IMG/VR virus record: IMGVR_UViG_3300046323_000587
Location: 1 to 64,000 of that record
Direction: 5' to 3' (one strand)
Length of the DNA: 64,000 nucleotides
Part shown: piece after piece, positions 54,860-63,265 of the stretch
How positions within the stretch are numbered: position 1 is the stretch's first letter
Layout of the letters: each line of letters starts with the position of its first letter
Notes under the pieces: generated by a model
Told to the model about the DNA's origin: nothing
What the model saw: only the letters and a program-made list of their open reading frames with translations
Database searches by the model: none
Translations under genes and position numbers: made by a program

Positions 54860-55870
54860 ATGGAAATTAAAGAATCGAGCAATAAAACTAAAATAGGTTT
54901 TAATAAATTAACTATTAAGTATTCAAAATATGTGATTATAGTAGCTATACTTTTATCTAGTATAGTCGCTATTTTTTACAATCAAGAAAATAATGAAATT
55001 ACTTATATTAAAAGTTTAGAATTAAAATTAGATAGGAAAGAAGATTTAACTAATGAAGAACATCATTATTTATGTAGACATTACTTAAATTATAACTTAG
55101 ATAAATATTATCTACACTGTCTAAATCAAACAGAACAAGAATCTAAGTTTGTTTCATTATTTGAAATGTTTCTAAATGATTCTAATAGTATTTCAGATGT
55201 AGAAAAGAAATTTTTAGATAGTTTAACTCAAGATTTTATTGTTAAGTGTACAAAAGAAACTTCTTATAATAAGAAAAATTTATATGTAGAAGCAACAAAA
55301 ATATATAAAAGTTTTACATCTGTTGAACAAGATAAATTAAAGAAAAATGTAAATTATGTACCAAAAACCAAACTAAATATCTATAAAATACTTTATTATG
55401 TGTTCATTAAATTATCAAGAGAAAAAAGCTTATTGACATTAAATTATGTGTATAATATAAATGATATTGTAATTACAATAGACACAACAAGTTTATATCA
55501 TATAATTTCTAGACATTATCAATATAAGTATTTAAATGATAACAAATCAAGTTTATATAAATATGAAAACTACGATGAATTGATTTTAGATTTAAATAGA
55601 ATTTTGTTTGCTTTACAATTAAATAAAGAAATATTTAAAGATGTATTTTATCTTAATGGAAACAATGGAACAATATATTTGTTTACACAAGAGTATCAAT
55701 TAGATATACATTTTAATAGAATTAATAATTTTCACTATAAAGTAATTACTTTTTATATCTATGATCCAAGTGAAGTAATAAGAAAAGATCATAGACCTAA
55801 TAGAATTTTAAATAAAAAAGAAATAAAATTATTTAACGATTGTAAAATATATAAAGTAAATGAAAATTAA
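54860..55870 (+). CDS. TM-anchored HIxxxH protein 8 (putative RNase toxin, clade B)
   Basis: TM YVIIVAILLSSIVAIFY, CX14C, SLYHIISRH, LYKYENYDELILDL, KVITFYIY. Confidence 0.6.
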   Translation: MEIKESSNKTKIGFNKLTIKYSKYVIIVAILLSSIVAIFYNQENNEITYIKSLELKLDRKEDLTNEEHHYLCRHYLNYNLDKYYLHCLNQTEQESKFVSLFEMFLNDSNSISDVEKKFLDSLTQDFIVKCTKETSYNKKNLYVEATKIYKSFTSVEQDKLKKNVNYVPKTKLNIYKILYYVFIKLSREKSLLTLNYVYNINDIVITIDTTSLYHIISRHYQYKYLNDNKSSLYKYENYDELILDLNRILFALQLNKEIFKDVFYLNGNNGTIYLFTQEYQLDIHFNRINNFHYKVITFYIYDPSEVIRKDHRPNRILNKKEIKLFNDCKIYKVNEN

Positions 55871-56168
55871 TTATTGCGGTTCTTACTACTACAATTCTAA
55901 AATAGTAGAAGAAAATAAATTATTTGTTTGTTTTATTACAGAAGATGAAAAACCTTTTGAAGAATTTGAACATTTTGAAGAATATTGGTTTGATTTTAGT
56001 ACAAACACAAAAATTAAAGAGCTTACTCAAATAGAGCTTAATCCTTTATATGTAGATTGTTCAATACCAATTGAAAAAGAGATATATACTACAATTAAGA
56101 AACACAATAAAAACATATCTGAAATAGATATTCAGCAGAATAAAGTTAAAATAACTTATAAGTATTAA
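55860..56168 (+). CDS. family B-like partner (putative immunity)
   Basis: Overlaps the toxin stop; WFDFST..PLYVD..ISEIDIQQNKVKITYKY. Confidence 0.55.
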   Translation: MKINYCGSYYYNSKIVEENKLFVCFITEDEKPFEEFEHFEEYWFDFSTNTKIKELTQIELNPLYVDCSIPIEKEIYTTIKKHNKNISEIDIQQNKVKITYKY

Positions 56169-56173
56169 TTATA

Positions 56174-56512
56174 ATGGAAAGTAATTATTCTGAATACAAT
56201 GGAAAAAATCTAAATGTTTATTATGAAAAACATTGTAATACATTCTACAATGACAGCATTTTTGTACACTTTATTAATTGTTTAGATGATTCTATTAATA
56301 ATAGATCTTTTTGGATAAATTTAAATACATTAGAAAGAGTAGAAGAACTTAAACAAGTAAATATTATTCCTTTTTATGTAGATTTTAATTCTGAATTAGT
56401 TAAAGATATTTATTATTTATTACTAAATTATTACAAATCAATAGAAAAAGTAAGTTTTAATGAATTTGAAATAGAAGTAACTTATAATTATTATAATGTA
56501 CAAGATTTTTAA
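56174..56512 (+). CDS. family B-like partner (putative immunity)
   Basis: FWINLNTL..PFYVD..IEKVSFNEFEIEVTY. Confidence 0.55.
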   Translation: MESNYSEYNGKNLNVYYEKHCNTFYNDSIFVHFINCLDDSINNRSFWINLNTLERVEELKQVNIIPFYVDFNSELVKDIYYLLLNYYKSIEKVSFNEFEIEVTYNYYNVQDF

Positions 56513-56608
56513 AATAAAAACTAAATTTTACATTAAATTACGTTAAATAGTTTATTACATTGTTATTAAATTTTAATTAATCATTTAACTCTTTTAACAA
56601 TTATTATT

Positions 56609-56761
56609 ATGAAAAAATATACAATTACTTATGAAATTTCAGCATTTCCAGTACCAGTAGTAAAAACAACAACAGTTAAAGCAAGTTCTGATAAAGAAGC
56701 AAAAAGTAAATATGAATCTGAAAACCCTTCTACAAAAGTTGTGGGTGTACATCAACAATAA
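56609..56761 (+). CDS. 50-aa small protein (not in the ORF track)
   Basis: MKKYTITYEISAFPVPVVKTTTVKASSDKEAKSKYESENPSTKVVGVHQQ, followed by a terminator. Confidence 0.6.
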   Translation: MKKYTITYEISAFPVPVVKTTTVKASSDKEAKSKYESENPSTKVVGVHQQ

Positions 56762-56772
56762 TTAATATAATT

Positions 56773-56809
56773 AAAAAGACTAGATTAATCATTTTAGTTT
56801 AGTCTTTTT
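56773..56809 (+). terminator. intrinsic terminator
   Basis: AAAAAGACTAGATTAA..TTAGTTTAGTCTTTTT. Confidence 0.75.
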
Positions 56810-56840
56810 ATTAAAACTTTCAATTAACCTTAGACAAACT

Positions 56841-57188
56841 ATGAAAATATTATTTATAACAATATTATTGAGTTTTTTATTAGGTTTAATTACTGAATTA
56901 ACTGAACCTGTTAGTCAAATAATTATTGAATACAATAAAGAATCGTTGAAATTAAAAGTAGATAGTTTAATTGCTAGTAATGAAAACTTATTAGATAAAT
57001 ATCAAGAAATTAAACAACTAAATCAAAAATTAAATTTTGAAAAAGATTCTTTGATTCAAATTAATCTAGAACTAAAAGAAAAATTAAATGAACAATCTAC
57101 CAATGTCTCTGTACTACAAACTATTATTTACACTGTTTTGGTGATTATAGTAGGTGTAATATTTTATAAAAACTTTAAACTAAATTAA
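56841..57188 (+). CDS. TM-coiled coil-TM protein
   Basis: Hydrophobic ends with a central heptad region. Confidence 0.7.
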   Translation: MKILFITILLSFLLGLITELTEPVSQIIIEYNKESLKLKVDSLIASNENLLDKYQEIKQLNQKLNFEKDSLIQINLELKEKLNEQSTNVSVLQTIIYTVLVIIVGVIFYKNFKLN

Positions 57189-57210
57189 TTTAAAATAAAC
57201 TATAAAAAAT

Positions 57211-58083
57211 ATGTCTGCATCAGAAAAAATCAACAATTTATCTAAAAACTTTTCAAGATTAGTAACTCTTATTGGAGGTATTCCTTTTATTATATTAGTA
57301 TCAGTTCCTTCATTGGTATTTATTGGATTCAATTTATATTTTACTTCTGGTATTACTTCTCTTATTATTACTTCTCTTGGTATAGCTTCTTTATTTGGTA
57401 AAATGTTAAAAGGATTTCTTATTCTTTCTACTGCATTGTTAATTATGATGCCTTTATTAAGAATGATGTTTACTAAAACAGGAGGAGAATTGACTAAACA
57501 AGAGAGTTCTGATTTAAATATGTTTAATATTGTAGCAGGAAGTATTTTGTTATCAATGTTATTTCTTTTTATTATTTGTGCAATGGGTTATATAGGGAAA
57601 GGAATTACTGTTGATATTATGTCACCTAAAAAAACTTTAACAAACTTTGAGACTTTTATAAATATTTTTTCAACAGTAGAAGAAAAAGTGGGAGAGCGTC
57701 CAATATTTTTTGTAGAAGGGTTATTAGCAGCAGCTTGTTTTGCATTAATTTTCTTTACTGATAAAGCAGCAGGTATTTGTTTAATTACTATGAAAGATAT
57801 TCTTTTTCCTGATTTATTGAATAATAGCAAAGAAGAGTCAGGAGAAGAAAATTTACAAGAGTTACGTAAAAAATTTGACGAAACTGAAAGTAATGCATTA
57901 AAAATAACTTCTTTATCTAAACCTAATCCTACTCAAATAGAAGAGTTAAAAGATTTATTAGTTAATTTAGATAAATATTCTGGAAAAATTGGACATTTTG
58001 GAAGTTCTAAAGAAGAAACTGAACTTAAAATAAGAATTAAACCAATAAAAAATAAATTGAAAGATTTTACTACAGCAAAGTAA
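57211..58083 (+). CDS. multi-pass membrane protein
   Basis: About four or five hydrophobic segments, then a charged tail; the -1 frame at its end runs into 58194-58658. Confidence 0.75.
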   Translation: MSASEKINNLSKNFSRLVTLIGGIPFIILVSVPSLVFIGFNLYFTSGITSLIITSLGIASLFGKMLKGFLILSTALLIMMPLLRMMFTKTGGELTKQESSDLNMFNIVAGSILLSMLFLFIICAMGYIGKGITVDIMSPKKTLTNFETFINIFSTVEEKVGERPIFFVEGLLAAACFALIFFTDKAAGICLITMKDILFPDLLNNSKEESGEENLQELRKKFDETESNALKITSLSKPNPTQIEELKDLLVNLDKYSGKIGHFGSSKEETELKIRIKPIKNKLKDFTTAK

Positions 58084-58193
58084 CAGAGGAGAAGAGTTCA
58101 GAAACTACTTCTTCTCCTTTTAATAATATTTCAACAGAAGAAAACAACCTTACAGGAGCTTTTAGTGAATTTACTACATTTAATTTTAAATCG

Positions 58194-58658
58194 ATGGGAG
58201 TTGTATATAGAAAATTAAAGATGTGGTTTCCATTAAATTTTGATATACATCTGGCTCCTCAAAAAATAATAACTATTGCTGATAGAGAATATATTGCAAC
58301 TCTATGTAATCAATTTTATGATACAACATATTGTAATTATAATTCAAATGCTTTTGAAGCTATAAGAGAACAAATAGCAGATTTTCTAACTCAAAAATCT
58401 TGTTGGAATGCTATAAAACACACAGAGTCTTGGGAACAATCTTGCTTTATGGAATTAAAATCTATTTATGCTAAAAAACTACCTTTTAGTAATACAGCTC
58501 AATTAAAAGATTCCATCAATTATAGTGAATTACAACATTTAATAGGGCTTATTCATAATATGAATATTACAAATGACAAAGAAACTTCAAGAAATACTAT
58601 TAAGTTCTTTTGTAAAGCTGCAAAAATAGTTAGTGATTACGTTGATATGTATATCTAA
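58194..58658 (+). CDS. probable C-terminal extension of 57211 (frameshift-linked)
   Basis: Frame is open from 58077 through an S/T-rich linker into this ORF. Confidence 0.55.
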   Translation: MGVVYRKLKMWFPLNFDIHLAPQKIITIADREYIATLCNQFYDTTYCNYNSNAFEAIREQIADFLTQKSCWNAIKHTESWEQSCFMELKSIYAKKLPFSNTAQLKDSINYSELQHLIGLIHNMNITNDKETSRNTIKFFCKAAKIVSDYVDMYI

Positions 58659-58660
58659 TT

Positions 58661-59071
58661 ATGAATAAAACAATTATATTTCTTGATTTTGATGGAGCAA
58701 TTAACTTTAATTCTGGTATACTATCATTCAATAAAGATTGTTTAAATAATATACTAGAATTATGTTATTATCTTAATGCTAAAATAGTAATTTCAAGTAA
58801 TTAGAAACATTTTAAATCAATAAAAGAATGAAATAAAATATTTTTTAATTATGTAATTGATATTACTGAGTTTTTTAATGAATTACCTGCTACAGAAGCT
58901 CGATATGAAGAAATAAATAGTTATATAATAAAGTATTCAATTAAAGAATATCTTATAATAGACGATATGAAAGAATTGGAAAAATATTTTAAAAAGAATT
59001 TAGTTTTATGTAATTTAAATACAGGGTTTACCAAAGAATTATTAACACAAACTTTAAATGAGTATTTATGA
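58661..59071 (+). pseudogene. HAD-family phosphatase (Swiss-army-knife RNA-repair type) with two in-frame stops
   Basis: IFLDFDG..KIVISSN*K..IKE*N..R.EEI..YLIIDD..GFT; TAG 58802, TGA 58829. Confidence 0.75.
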
Positions 59072-59398
59072 TAAGTAATTTAAATAAACCAACCAATGGA
59101 ATATACTAACATATTTACACTTGAACAACAAAAAGCCTTAGATTTGCTTGATAAATATTTTTCTACTACACCAAAAAAAATAATTCAAGTTGAAATTAAT
59201 GAAATATTTTCTCAATCTTTTGAAGGTGTTACAATAGACGAGTATTTTAAATTATTTGGAAATACTATTCAAACTAATTCAATAGAATAGATTTAAGAAA
59301 TTATCTCAATAAAGTAATATCATTAATTAACTTATTACAAAACTCTCTTAAATCTAATAAAAATTGCAAATTAACAAATTAGTTATTTTATTAAAATT

Positions 59399-61583
59399 AT
59401 GAACATTAAAATAGAATTTTTAGATAAATTATTTAATAGAGTAGAATTAGAAATTAATTTTGATAAATATTTTTCTATTTCAGGACAATATCAAAATTCT
59501 TGTGGTCAAGTATTAGATTCTATTACACCAGCAAATATATTTCAAGCACAATTAATTAGTTTACACAGTAAATATCATTTAAAATCAATAGAAGAAATAG
59601 AATTAGATTTCAATAGTTTTGAACAACAAGTAAAAGAATTGTTATTAAAAATTGAAGAGTACGAACAAATTTTACAAGACAAGTCTTTAACAGAAGAGGA
59701 TTTAAATAATGAAAATATTCAATTTATTATAGAAGAAGAGTTTTCTTTTATAGATTATGATAGAATGTGTGCAATTTGTTTAATGTTTAATTTAAGTTTA
59801 CAGACTTTATTAAGAGTTGAAATAGAAGGAAGAACAAATTATATTACAGTTGAAGGAGTAGAGTATATCTTTGGAACAGAATCAGAAGTAGACGAATTAG
59901 AAAGAGAATCAGTAAAAAATATAATAGAAGATTGTTATTTACCTAATATTGACAAAGATCACCCTATATTAAATTATATTGATATGGAAAAATGGTTAGA
60001 TGATTGGTGTGGTAATCGTGGAGATAATCTTAATAGATATGATGGTACAGAAGATTACATTGAATATAAAGGAGTTTGGTATTTTGCTTATAAACAATAA
60101 ATAAAAGTTATAAGACTAAATTTATGGAAAAAGATTTACACAAAACAAAAGTAATATTTAGAATTGATATTAAAGGCGATTTTACAAGACCTGTTGATGT
60201 ATTTGCAATGTTTCCTGAACATAAAGAAAATAATGATTGTGTTTCAGGTTATACTCACATAGGACAACATAGTGCTTATCATTATGAAGGTTGTATTAAA
60301 GATTCTAGATTTGCAACAGAAGAAGAATATTTATCATTAAAACAAGAATTAGAATCATTAGGTTATAACTTACAAATTATTAAATCTCTTAAAAATTATT
60401 ATAGTAATTATTCAAATCTCTCACTTTAAATATTATAAATATAACTATGTTCTCATTAAACACTTTAGATTGGCATTTAGAATTTAATGTTTACCCACCT
60501 TTAAATTCAGAGGCTATTAATTGGATTAAAACTTTAATTGAAAATTATAATAACAATAAATTAGATTACGATACTATTATTACAAATGAATCAGAAGAAA
60601 AAAATAATATAACTTTTGGAGAGTTAATTGAAGATTTAAAATTAGAAAGTTATTTATTTGATTTAGAAGACAATCTTGAAATTGAATTAGAGTAATTTCA
60701 TTAAAAATTAAAATTGATTTTAAACTAAACTAAACTTAAAATAATGAAAATCTTAGCTGAAAAATATAGTATAGATAAAAACTATAATTCTAATTATATT
60801 TTAAAATTAATTAAACAAAATAAATTTCAACTATCTTTTATAATAGATAAAAATAGAGAATACTTAGAATTTACTTTATTATTGTTTTTTGGTATTCAGT
60901 TTATCTATTATATTAGAAATAAATACTTTTGGAAAATATTAAATTATTTCTCTATTACTAAATTATATAGACTTGTCACTGAAATTTCTATTGTTGATTT
61001 TAAATTATTTTGGTATTGGTTTATTAATGAATATAATATAAAAAAAGAGTATTCTAATAAAAGGTATTATTTTATTAATCTTTTATATAAATTTTGTACT
61101 AAAATAGTTGAAGATTCTTCTATTGTAAGAGAAAAACTGTTTGTATTTCATACTAATAAAGAATATTCAATATTTATTCAACAACAAAATATTTATATTG
61201 ATTACTATTTTTATTGGTTTAAATTATCTAAACTAGAAAAAAGATTTAATTGTATTAGTGGCTATGTTTCTATAACAGAAAATTCTAATAGTTTTCGTAA
61301 TTTGGGTGAATTGGAGTTTCATTCTATGGAAGAAAACTTAAAATTAAATACTGTTATAGAATATTTTATTGAAACAATTATTGAGCAATATGAAACAACA
61401 AAACCTTTTTATAAAGTGTATAAAAATTATGATTCTATTGAAACTGTATTAGAAGATTTAAAAAATATATTTTATATAGAAGAATCAAAAAAAGATTTGA
61501 ACGAAGAATTTGTATACTTAGAAAATTTAAATGATTTACTTGATACAAACAATTCAAATCTGTCATTATTACCTAATATGTAA
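59399..61583 (+). other. four hypothetical CDSs (59399, 60124, 60447, 60744)
   Basis: 60124 has a phage-like FAMFPE..HIGQHS..ELESLGY pattern; functions unknown. Confidence 0.65.
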
Positions 61584-61663
61584 TTTAATACAATTTGGCA
61601 TATTATTTGTTTACTAATTTTTAATTAATTTTAAAAATCACTTTTAACTTTATTTTAATATTT

Positions 61664-62044
61664 ATGAAAAATTTATGTTATTCAAGTTATCCAGAACACT
61701 ACATTAATAATTCAAAAATAAATTATTTAGTAGAAGATTTATTTTACACAGAAAGGAAAAGAGTTTTTCCAAAAGTTCAATTAAAAACAGAAGACGGTTT
61801 TACTACAATTTCAATTGAATTAGTTAAGGCGGATAAAACTAAAATTAAAATTGCAATTGAAGATTCTTTATTAAGGATTATTTATGATAATTCAAAAGAC
61901 AATAGAAATAAATATTTAGATTATTCATTAAAAATTTTAGCTAAATTTGATATTTCAAAAATTTCTTCTAAGTATGAAGACGGAGAATTATTGGTTACAA
62001 TTCCTCACAAAGAAAAAGAAATTAAATATATTACGATAGAATAA
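61664..62044 (+). CDS. Hsp20/alpha-crystallin small heat-shock protein
   Basis: IKIAIEDSLLRI..FDISKISSKYEDGELLVTIPHKEK. Confidence 0.75.
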   Translation: MKNLCYSSYPEHYINNSKINYLVEDLFYTERKRVFPKVQLKTEDGFTTISIELVKADKTKIKIAIEDSLLRIIYDNSKDNRNKYLDYSLKILAKFDISKISSKYEDGELLVTIPHKEKEIKYITIE

Positions 62045-62053
62045 AGTAACAAT

Positions 62054-62089
62054 AAAACTCTAACGATTTAATTATTGTTAGAGTTTTTT
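62054..62089 (+). terminator. intrinsic terminator
   Basis: AAAACTCTAACGAT-TTAATT-ATTGTTAGAGTTTT plus T run. Confidence 0.85.
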
Positions 62090-62141
62090 ATTTATTAAGA
62101 ATACTAGTATTAATCAAATTAAAAATAATTTACTTATATTT

Positions 62142-62546
62142 ATGGAAAATCAATTAGCTATTTGGAATGAAGAATCAAGAAAATCTTTTACTGATGTAGA
62201 AAAAAGTGAAGAATATTTTAATTTGAGTCCAAGAGAAGATGAAGGAAATATTGGAACAATGTATTGTATTAGTAATAAATACAATTTAGGAGACTCTCAT
62301 ACATTAAATCAAGAAGAGATTATCGAATTAACTAAATCTGTTCCTCATCTACCTTTATTTATTTATGCTCATAGTGGAATATCTATGAATACTTACAAAC
62401 AATGTCAATGGGATAGTAGTATGGTAGGATTTATTATCTATGATCAAAAGAAAGCTACTGCTCTTGATTTACATTTATCAGAAGAACAGATTTATAAAAA
62501 TTTACAGCAAGAAATTGATGAGTATTCTAATTATTTATCTTATTAG
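62142..62546 (+). CDS. hypothetical phage protein
   Basis: LPLFIYAHSGISM..WDSSMVGFI motif seen in phage/plasmid early proteins. Confidence 0.65.
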   Translation: MENQLAIWNEESRKSFTDVEKSEEYFNLSPREDEGNIGTMYCISNKYNLGDSHTLNQEEIIELTKSVPHLPLFIYAHSGISMNTYKQCQWDSSMVGFIIYDQKKATALDLHLSEEQIYKNLQQEIDEYSNYLSY

Positions 62547-62549
62547 AAT

Positions 62550-62580
62550 AAAAAAACCTGTTAGAATTATTTAACAGGTT
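62550..62580 (-). terminator. terminator for the minus-strand gene
   Basis: AACCTGTTA..TAACAGGTT preceded by an A run (U tail on the minus strand). Confidence 0.7.
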
Positions 62581-62845
62581 CGTTTGGTTTATTTAAATCA
62601 TCTTCTTTTTGTTTCTCTTTGCCTGAAAAATAAAAATTAACTAAATTGCTTTGTGTAGTAATTATAGCACCTATTAACATACCTATTGCAGCATTAGTTT
62701 CAGGTTTTAAAGAATTAGGATTAGTTACTAATGTAAGTAATATAATACCCATAAATAATGTATTTAATCCTAGAAGAAAAGCCCTACTATAAAAGTAATG
62801 ATTGACTCTTAATTTATTGTAAGCGTTTTTTATTAGCTCTCCCAT
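62567..62845 (-). CDS. two-TM small membrane protein (holin-like topology)
   Basis: The only credible minus-strand gene; two hydrophobic helices, charged C-terminus, own terminator. Confidence 0.7.
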   Translation of the reverse strand: MGELIKNAYNKLRVNHYFYSRAFLLGLNTLFMGIILLTLVTNPNSLKPETNAAIGMLIGAIITTQSNLVNFYFSGKEKQKEDDLNKPNEPVK

Positions 62846-63025
62846 AATTGATATGTTTTAAATTGTAATAAGTAAAATAAAATACACTTATTGGTATAAT
62901 AAATAATTCTATAACAAATAATCTGTTGTTTAACATAATAGAAGTATTTTAATTGTTTTTAAACATATCTATTTTTAATAATTTGTAATCAAAATTAATT
63001 TTAATTATTTTAAATTATTTTAAAA

Positions 63026-63247
63026 ATGTTTTATACGTATAGAAATTCAATAACAAATGAAGTAGTAGAGATAAGTCATTCAATGAATTATTGTATTGAT
63101 TTAAATAATGAAGAGTTGTTTAATAAATTGCCAGAAAATTTAAAAGAGAGATTGATTATTAACGGAGTAAAATTAAAAAGAATTATAGCTTACGCTCCAG
63201 CTGTTTTAAGTATGAATAGATTTGGTTCAAGTGAACTTAAAAAGTAA
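63026..63247 (+). CDS. small protein resembling FmdB-type ribbon proteins but lacking the Cys ligands
   Basis: MFYTYR..VVEISHSMN..LKRIIAYAP. Confidence 0.4.
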   Translation: MFYTYRNSITNEVVEISHSMNYCIDLNNEELFNKLPENLKERLIINGVKLKRIIAYAPAVLSMNRFGSSELKK

Positions 63248-63265
63248 TTTTATATTTTAAATTAT

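Noticed and set aside
6838-57830. Minus-strand ORFs at 6838, 14069, 15743, 38174, 48436, 49213, 50959, 51766 and 57588
   Set aside because: They lie antisense to supported + strand genes or pseudogenes and have the F/L/I/S-rich composition of shadow ORFs.
58087-58121. Terminator after 57211
   Set aside because: The T tail is short and the hairpin sits in an open -1 frame leading into 58194; treated as a possible frameshift stimulator instead.
1684-59071. Stop-codon reassignment (TAG=Gln code 15, or TGA=Trp code 4)
   Set aside because: Internal stops are of all three types, both TAG and TGA fall at Trp positions, TGG is used normally, 300-570 aa genes are open in code 11, and TGA serves as a stop in ATGA overlaps. 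No single recoding explains this.
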